Shown here: positions 17,737-21,976 of the stretch, one piece after another
Position numbering within the stretch: the stretch's first letter is position 1
Layout: each line of letters begins with the position of its first letter
IMG/VR virus record: IMGVR_UViG_3300022401_000130
Origin: a virus
Length of the DNA stretch: 21,976 nt
Strand: one strand, 5' to 3'
Made by a program: the position numbers and the translations under genes
Notes under the pieces: generated by a model
Database searches by the model: none
The model's input: the letters and a program-made list of their open reading frames with translations, nothing else
Told to the model about the DNA's origin: nothing

Positions 17737-18410
17737 TTGACATTAACATTAACGATTGCATACTCAGATGTTGAACCCCTCCGCACTTTGATATATATGC
17801 AAGGGTTGAGATTAAATCAACATTAACAACAGTGCCCGTTAATGTCAATAACAATTATGGAAAACCTAATGTTAACAATAACTATTGATTTAAATTAACA
17901 TTAACATTAACGATTTGATATTTGAATTTTGGATGTGAATTAACGTTAACGACTGCGATTTAGGATTTAAAAGTTATTTCCCCCTGCACTGCGATATATA
18001 TGCAAGGGTTGAAAAAGAAACAACATTAACGATAGCGAATGTTAATGTGAAAACCATTGCCAGAAATTAAAGCTTTGAGATATTCATTGCTTTAAATTAA
18101 CATTAACATTAACGATTACAATAGCTGAAGTTGAAACCGGATTAACATTAACAGTGACCATTTGTTAATTGAAACTTGCTTTTGAAAAGAAGTTGATGTA
18201 TATGCATAGTTGAAATAGATATTGATTAGTAATACCCTTGCCGTTAATGTAATACTTACTTCATTAAAATTATACTTGTTGATTTACATTTGTTTTAATT
18301 AACGATAACATAAAGAATTATGATAGTAATATCTTGTTCGACATGTCATTATCACAATAACATTACAATCAGCCTTTTGAAATTTGAATTTTGTTTTACA
18401 TTAACATTAC
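17737..18410. repeat. Degenerate ~200-bp tandem repeat built from AACATT iterons and a GATATATATGCAAGGGTTGA box
   Basis: TTTAAATTAACATTAACATTAACGATT identical at 17889 and 18091 (202 bp apart); GATATATATGCAAGGGTTGA identical at 17790 and 17993 (203 bp apart); further ACATTAAC/GTTAATGT copies in both orientations. Confidence 0.9.
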
Positions 18411-18464
18411 TGTTAAGGATTTGCCCAGACCAGAACAACCTGACGGCACCCACGTTTTAAGCGA

Positions 18465-18558
18465 GCCAATTCGCCCCACCATAACCACGCCGACCCGAGG
18501 CCGACCAACGGGAGGCCGAAGTGGGAGGCGTGGTATAGGTGGGGTGAATAGAATTGGC
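18465..18558 (+). ncRNA. Candidate structured RNA/ssDNA: long GC-rich interrupted hairpin
   Basis: TTCGCCCCACC/GGTGGGGTGAA (11 bp, one G-T) and ACCACGCC/GGCGTGGT (8 bp) nested, GCCAATT/AATTGGC outside, internal GAGGCCGA direct repeat. No known family recognised. Confidence 0.4.
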
Positions 18559-18576
18559 GAGCATATACTATAGGGA

Positions 18577-19160
18577 GGAACCGACCCTTGCCGGTCGGTT
18601 CCGTATGGTTACTTATGAATAAAAAGAGTTTACATTGAAATACAACCATTATATGCAGTCCGGCCTTTAGGTCGGACTGGATGCCTTGAGCGTAAGCGAA
18701 AGGCCAATACTATAGGTCTAGCAATAATAGTTTTGTCAAGGTGCAGGAACAGGGGCTTGTCCCCTGTTCCGTAGTTATGGATTTGGAATAGCTTATTTTG
18801 TCAAAGTTAAAGGAACCGACCCTCGCCGGTCGGTTCCGCTGAGGTAAAACATGGACAAGCATGATCAAATTTTTTTAGTAGCAAACATTAGCATTATGTT
18901 CCGTCCGAGCGTAAGCGAGGACTGGACGCCTTGAGCGATAGCGAAAGGCCATACTATAGACAGAGCAATAATAGCTTTATAGGAGTCGAGGAATAGGGGC
19001 TTGCCCCTATTCCGAGTTTATGGATTTGGAATTATTGATTATATCAAATTTAAGAACCGACCCTTGCCGGTCGGTTCGAGGTTTATGAAATTTGCAGTTT
19101 AACTTACATCGGGCATTGGCAGTTGTGGGTAATTAAAGGGGGGCTTGTCCCCCCTTAATT
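18577..19160. repeat. ~240-bp tandem repeat of GC-rich hairpin cassettes
   Basis: GAACCGACC-CT(T/C)GCC-GGTCGGTTC at 18578, 18813, 19054; GCCTT-GAGCG(TA/AT)AGCGA-AAGGC at 18683, 18928; GGAA(C/T)AGGGG-CTTG(T)-CCCCT(G/A)TTCC at 18746, 18990 with a compensatory pair; related GGGGGG-CTTGT-CCCCCC at 19138. Confidence 0.9.
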
Positions 19161-19329
19161 AGGCATTAAGGGTTTCAATGCACGCCCGAACCCCACAAGA
19201 CGAAATATAAAATTTTTTAGAGGAAGTGAAAACATGTTCAAAAACACTTCCCCCGACACCTAATCAAAGAGTGATTCAATGAAAAGTCGTAGCTCAGGTG
19301 GAAAAGTAACAAAAAATACACCGTCATAG

Positions 19330-20307
19330 CTAAATTCTAGTTCTATTGAATCCCATATCCTTTAATATCTTATTATATTCCTCACGAGTTGTAAAAGAAG
19401 GTGAATCTTCATCTCCAGTACTTCCAGTGTCGCCAGTGTCTCCAACATCACCAGAGTTTCCGGGATTCCTACCACCCGGTGTGGAACCGTCTTTACTAGC
19501 TTCAATTTTAATTCTTCTCTCAGCCAGTTTCTCCATTAGCTCCATATCAACGTCACCGGACAATAGCTTATCAATTATTTCTTTATCCTGAGCATTCTCA
19601 TTATAGTTAAAGTTGTACTTGGCCTCGTACTCTTTAATCTTCCTTTCATTCTCAGCTTTTCTAAGTTCAGATAATTCCTTTAAGATATCATCTTTACTTT
19701 CAATGAAGTCCTTATTTTCTTCAATATCTTTTTTAATTTCTTCATATCTTTCAGATTCTTCTTTTAGAGTTTTAATCTCTTCCTGAAGTTTTCCGATTTC
19801 CGCATCCTTGCCTTGCAGTTTCTCCAATAGTAAGGTAGTAGCTACATTAGCTTCTTTACTTGGAGGTTGAGGTTGTGGCTGCGGTTGAGGTGCCGGATTA
19901 CCTGGTTCGCCAGTGGCACCGGTATCTCCAGTAATATCAGAATTCAACAGGGTAATTTTTCTAGGGCTTTTGGTTACGCCAACATCTATTAGGCTCATAG
20001 TATCAATTCCAAATGAATCTCCGTTATCTTTTAATAAGACATCTATTTTAGGGGATAAACCTTTTCCTTCCATATCCAGTTCATCAGGAACTTCAAGGAA
20101 TAGTTTTCCTTCCTCGTATTCTATATTGTTTCCGATGCCAACGTAGATATTGTCATGTTCTGAAGTTAAAGGAATTCCTCCACGATAGTTTTCAGCTATT
20201 AGTTTTAGATCATCTTCAGTCCATTCAACAGGTTTATCAAGTTTTTCGTCCAGGTCAGAATAGTCGTATGATCCAACTTCAAAAAGTTCATGCCTCATTA
20301 TTATCAC
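19330..20307 (-). CDS. Capsid maturation protease-scaffold fusion (Mu gpI-like); likely start ATG 20298
   Basis: N-terminal WTEDDL....Y....PLTSEH...G....L...GLSP...L.DVGVTKSP pattern like Mu-type prohead proteases, then a PQ-rich linker and acidic coiled coil; directly after the portal. Confidence 0.7.
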   Translation of the reverse strand: MIIMRHELFEVGSYDYSDLDEKLDKPVEWTEDDLKLIAENYRGGIPLTSEHDNIYVGIGNNIEYEEGKLFLEVPDELDMEGKGLSPKIDVLLKDNGDSFGIDTMSLIDVGVTKSPRKITLLNSDITGDTGATGEPGNPAPQPQPQPQPPSKEANVATTLLLEKLQGKDAEIGKLQEEIKTLKEESERYEEIKKDIEENKDFIESKDDILKELSELRKAENERKIKEYEAKYNFNYNENAQDKEIIDKLLSGDVDMELMEKLAERRIKIEASKDGSTPGGRNPGNSGDVGDTGDTGSTGDEDSPSFTTREEYNKILKDMGFNRTRI

Positions 20308-20310
20308 ATC

Positions 20311-20342
20311 TATTATTTACTTTATTACTTTATTTATATAAA
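20311..20342 (-). promoter_or_regulatory. Conserved structural-gene promoter copy 4
   Basis: TTTATATAA ATAAA GTAATAAA GTAAATAAT between portal and scaffold genes. Confidence 0.7.
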
Positions 20343-20348
20343 TATATA

Positions 20349-21665
20349 TTATATTTCAACTCCACTGTCAGTTAAAATCCTTTCACCGACCGGTTGCTCC
20401 TCTTCAAAGTTACTTAAATAGTTCTTATAGATTTCATCACCCTCAGAGGACAATTCCATAATATATCTTAATACATCATCACGAGAATAACTGAAGTAAA
20501 CATCTAAAGTTTCTTTAACACCCATTAACTCCAATTGCCTCTTTAATAATTCATTGCAATACTTTAACACCCACTTCTGGTCATTAGCAACATTAACAAT
20601 AAACCCAGTAATAGCTGAATCGTTAATGTACTCAGCAACATTCTGATTGGATTTCTCATTACCTGCCTGTGACTGCGGTGTCACGAAAGTCCTTAAAATA
20701 TTATTCCTGAAGATTTCCGTTTGCCTTGTATAGTCAGATTGATAATTGTTACCCCCAAGTATTTTAGATTCGATTCCTGGAGGTACAATAGCTACATTAC
20801 TTCCGGCCGTGGTTCCGTAATCAGCATATAGGTTTTCCTTTGCAGTGGATGAAAGTTCTGTAATTATAGGCTGACCGTTACTGTCCAGTGAAGGTTTAAC
20901 CTCAATAATATTATCCTTATTAATACGCTCCACCTGATTCCTTTCAAGATTGCACTTATGATAAATATCATCCAAGCAGTTCAGGATAATGCTTTGGGCT
21001 TCTGAGTAGATTTCATTGTACATGAAGTTAATAACCTCATCCGGTTCATACTTGACCGTTAATGTGCCTTCCTCAATACTAACGAAATTATTGAAGTCTT
21101 CAGGTGAACCGTTAACAATATCCTTTGGCATTTCATGAAGGTATAGCTGCACTTCATTATCATCATTAAACTCTTTCTTTAATCCGTAACCGTGAGCGCC
21201 GATTTCAAGAAATATAGGTTTAATATATTTACCAATACTTTTATCCCATCTCTCTACAGGTTTAATTAATCCCTCACCGTCTACCATTCCGCCCTGAAGG
21301 ATGTTCTTTGCAACTTGCGAAATATCAATCATCCTGGCCCAAAGTATTAAAGTCAATTTCTGTTCAGCAGATAACTTCTCTTCCTTATCAACCAGTACTA
21401 TATTAACATTAGCTTTATCAATTCTATTTTTCAATACTCCTGCAGTGTAACCGTCAAGTTTAACAGCATACCTTGCGTTAGCTATAGTTTTATTTATTAC
21501 AGGGGGAAGTGCATCAGGAAGGTCAAGACCGGTATTGATCCCGTCAGTACGTGGTTGTCTTTCATCCTCACCCCAATAGCTGCGCTTAGTATTGTACTGT
21601 TCCACACGGTTATTCAGCAATCTGGTTTTTATAAAATCAGTAACGCCCATATTATCCATTTCCAA
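20349..21665 (-). CDS. Portal protein; likely start ATG 21650 (MGVTDF)
   Basis: About 435 aa; portal-like succession (GGMVDGEGLI, YEPDEVINF, AIVPPGIESKIL, ILRTFVTPQSQAG..SN, NELLKRQLEL..K...VYF); upstream of the protease/scaffold. Confidence 0.75.
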   Translation of the reverse strand: MEMDNMGVTDFIKTRLLNNRVEQYNTKRSYWGEDERQPRTDGINTGLDLPDALPPVINKTIANARYAVKLDGYTAGVLKNRIDKANVNIVLVDKEEKLSAEQKLTLILWARMIDISQVAKNILQGGMVDGEGLIKPVERWDKSIGKYIKPIFLEIGAHGYGLKKEFNDDNEVQLYLHEMPKDIVNGSPEDFNNFVSIEEGTLTVKYEPDEVINFMYNEIYSEAQSIILNCLDDIYHKCNLERNQVERINKDNIIEVKPSLDSNGQPIITELSSTAKENLYADYGTTAGSNVAIVPPGIESKILGGNNYQSDYTRQTEIFRNNILRTFVTPQSQAGNEKSNQNVAEYINDSAITGFIVNVANDQKWVLKYCNELLKRQLELMGVKETLDVYFSYSRDDVLRYIMELSSEGDEIYKNYLSNFEEEQPVGERILTDSGVEI

Positions 21666-21816
21666 TTGTTACTGTGAATAAGTTTTCAGTATCGACACTG
21701 TTGAATCTTCTGAGTTTAAAATCAGTAAGGTCCAGAAGGTTTTCAAGTTCGTGGCATGCGCTTAAATCAGAATCGTGTCCTTCATAGTCCAGTTCAATAA
21801 TTATTCTTCTCATCAT
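21652..21816 (-). CDS. Small hypothetical protein, 54 aa (absent from the ORF track)
   Basis: MMRRIIIELDYEGHDSDLSACHELENLLDLTDFKLRRFNSVDTENLFTVTIGNG; GGTGA RBS; stop 1 nt before the proposed portal ATG. Confidence 0.65.
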   Translation of the reverse strand: MMRRIIIELDYEGHDSDLSACHELENLLDLTDFKLRRFNSVDTENLFTVTIGNG

Positions 21817-21818
21817 TA

Positions 21819-21959
21819 TCACCTTTCAAATACTTCTCTTATATCGTATTCATCTTTTTTAATTAAGCAATAACACCTGTATAATAGGTCAATCATTAAC
21901 AAACTAACTATTGCATTAATTAAAACCAATCCGACAAGTATGCCTATCATTTCATACAT
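21819..21959 (-). CDS. Small single-TM protein, 46 aa (absent from the ORF track)
   Basis: MYEMIGILVGLVLINAIVSLLMIDLLYRCYCLIKKDEYDIREVFER; AGGTGA RBS. Confidence 0.65.
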   Translation of the reverse strand: MYEMIGILVGLVLINAIVSLLMIDLLYRCYCLIKKDEYDIREVFER

Positions 21960-21976
21960 TAACAATCACCTAAGGA

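Noticed and set aside
18391-18649. ORFs 18391-18573 (+) and 18413-18649 (-)
   Set aside because: Open only because of local high GC in the hairpin region; composition unlike the real genes.
18565-18959. ACTATAG similarity to the T7 promoter end
   Set aside because: The upstream TAATACGACTC specificity region is missing and no single-subunit RNA polymerase is in the window.
19109-19125. Minus-strand ACTGCCAATGCC resembling part of a twister ribozyme as I recall it
   Set aside because: The conserved downstream core is absent; a short match in a variable stem is uninformative.
17737-19160. CRISPR or mini-CRISPR array interpretation of the repeats
   Set aside because: Periods of about 200 and 240 bp with homologous inter-repeat sequence, not unique 30-40-nt spacers; no cas genes.

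Overview
The window looks like a 22-kb segment of a head-type (HK97-fold) virus or provirus of a low-GC archaeon. A Methanobacteriaceae-like host is inferred from TTTATATA TATA boxes, GGTGA/GGAGG ribosome-binding sites and the winged-helix regulator family. Almost all genes are on the minus strand. In transcription order (right to left): two tiny ORFs, portal, protease/scaffold, a 1.6-kb non-coding block (GC-rich hairpin array plus AACATT-iteron ~200-bp repeats), a fibre/adhesin block (DUF2341-like protein, two capsid-decoration paralogues, small membrane proteins, a GT-A glycosyltransferase, collagen-like and lectin/Ig-like proteins), an AT-rich accessory island (wHTH, AbrB, C5 methyltransferase, wHTH, HNH nuclease), a third decoration gene, TWO tandem major-capsid paralogues, a small DNA-binding protein and a tandem ribbon-helix-helix protein. 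At the left end a plus-strand coiled-coil protein follows a helically phased TTGCAA array. No terminase, tail tube, tape measure, integrase, replication enzyme, tRNA/rRNA or CRISPR array is recognisable here. Most striking: a two-MCP/three-decoration capsid with an apparently capsid-anchored, possibly glycosylated collagen fibre; a repeat domain split exactly across an in-frame TAA-TAA gene junction; and three families of structured non-coding repeats. All product calls come from reading motifs by eye; no database search was run.
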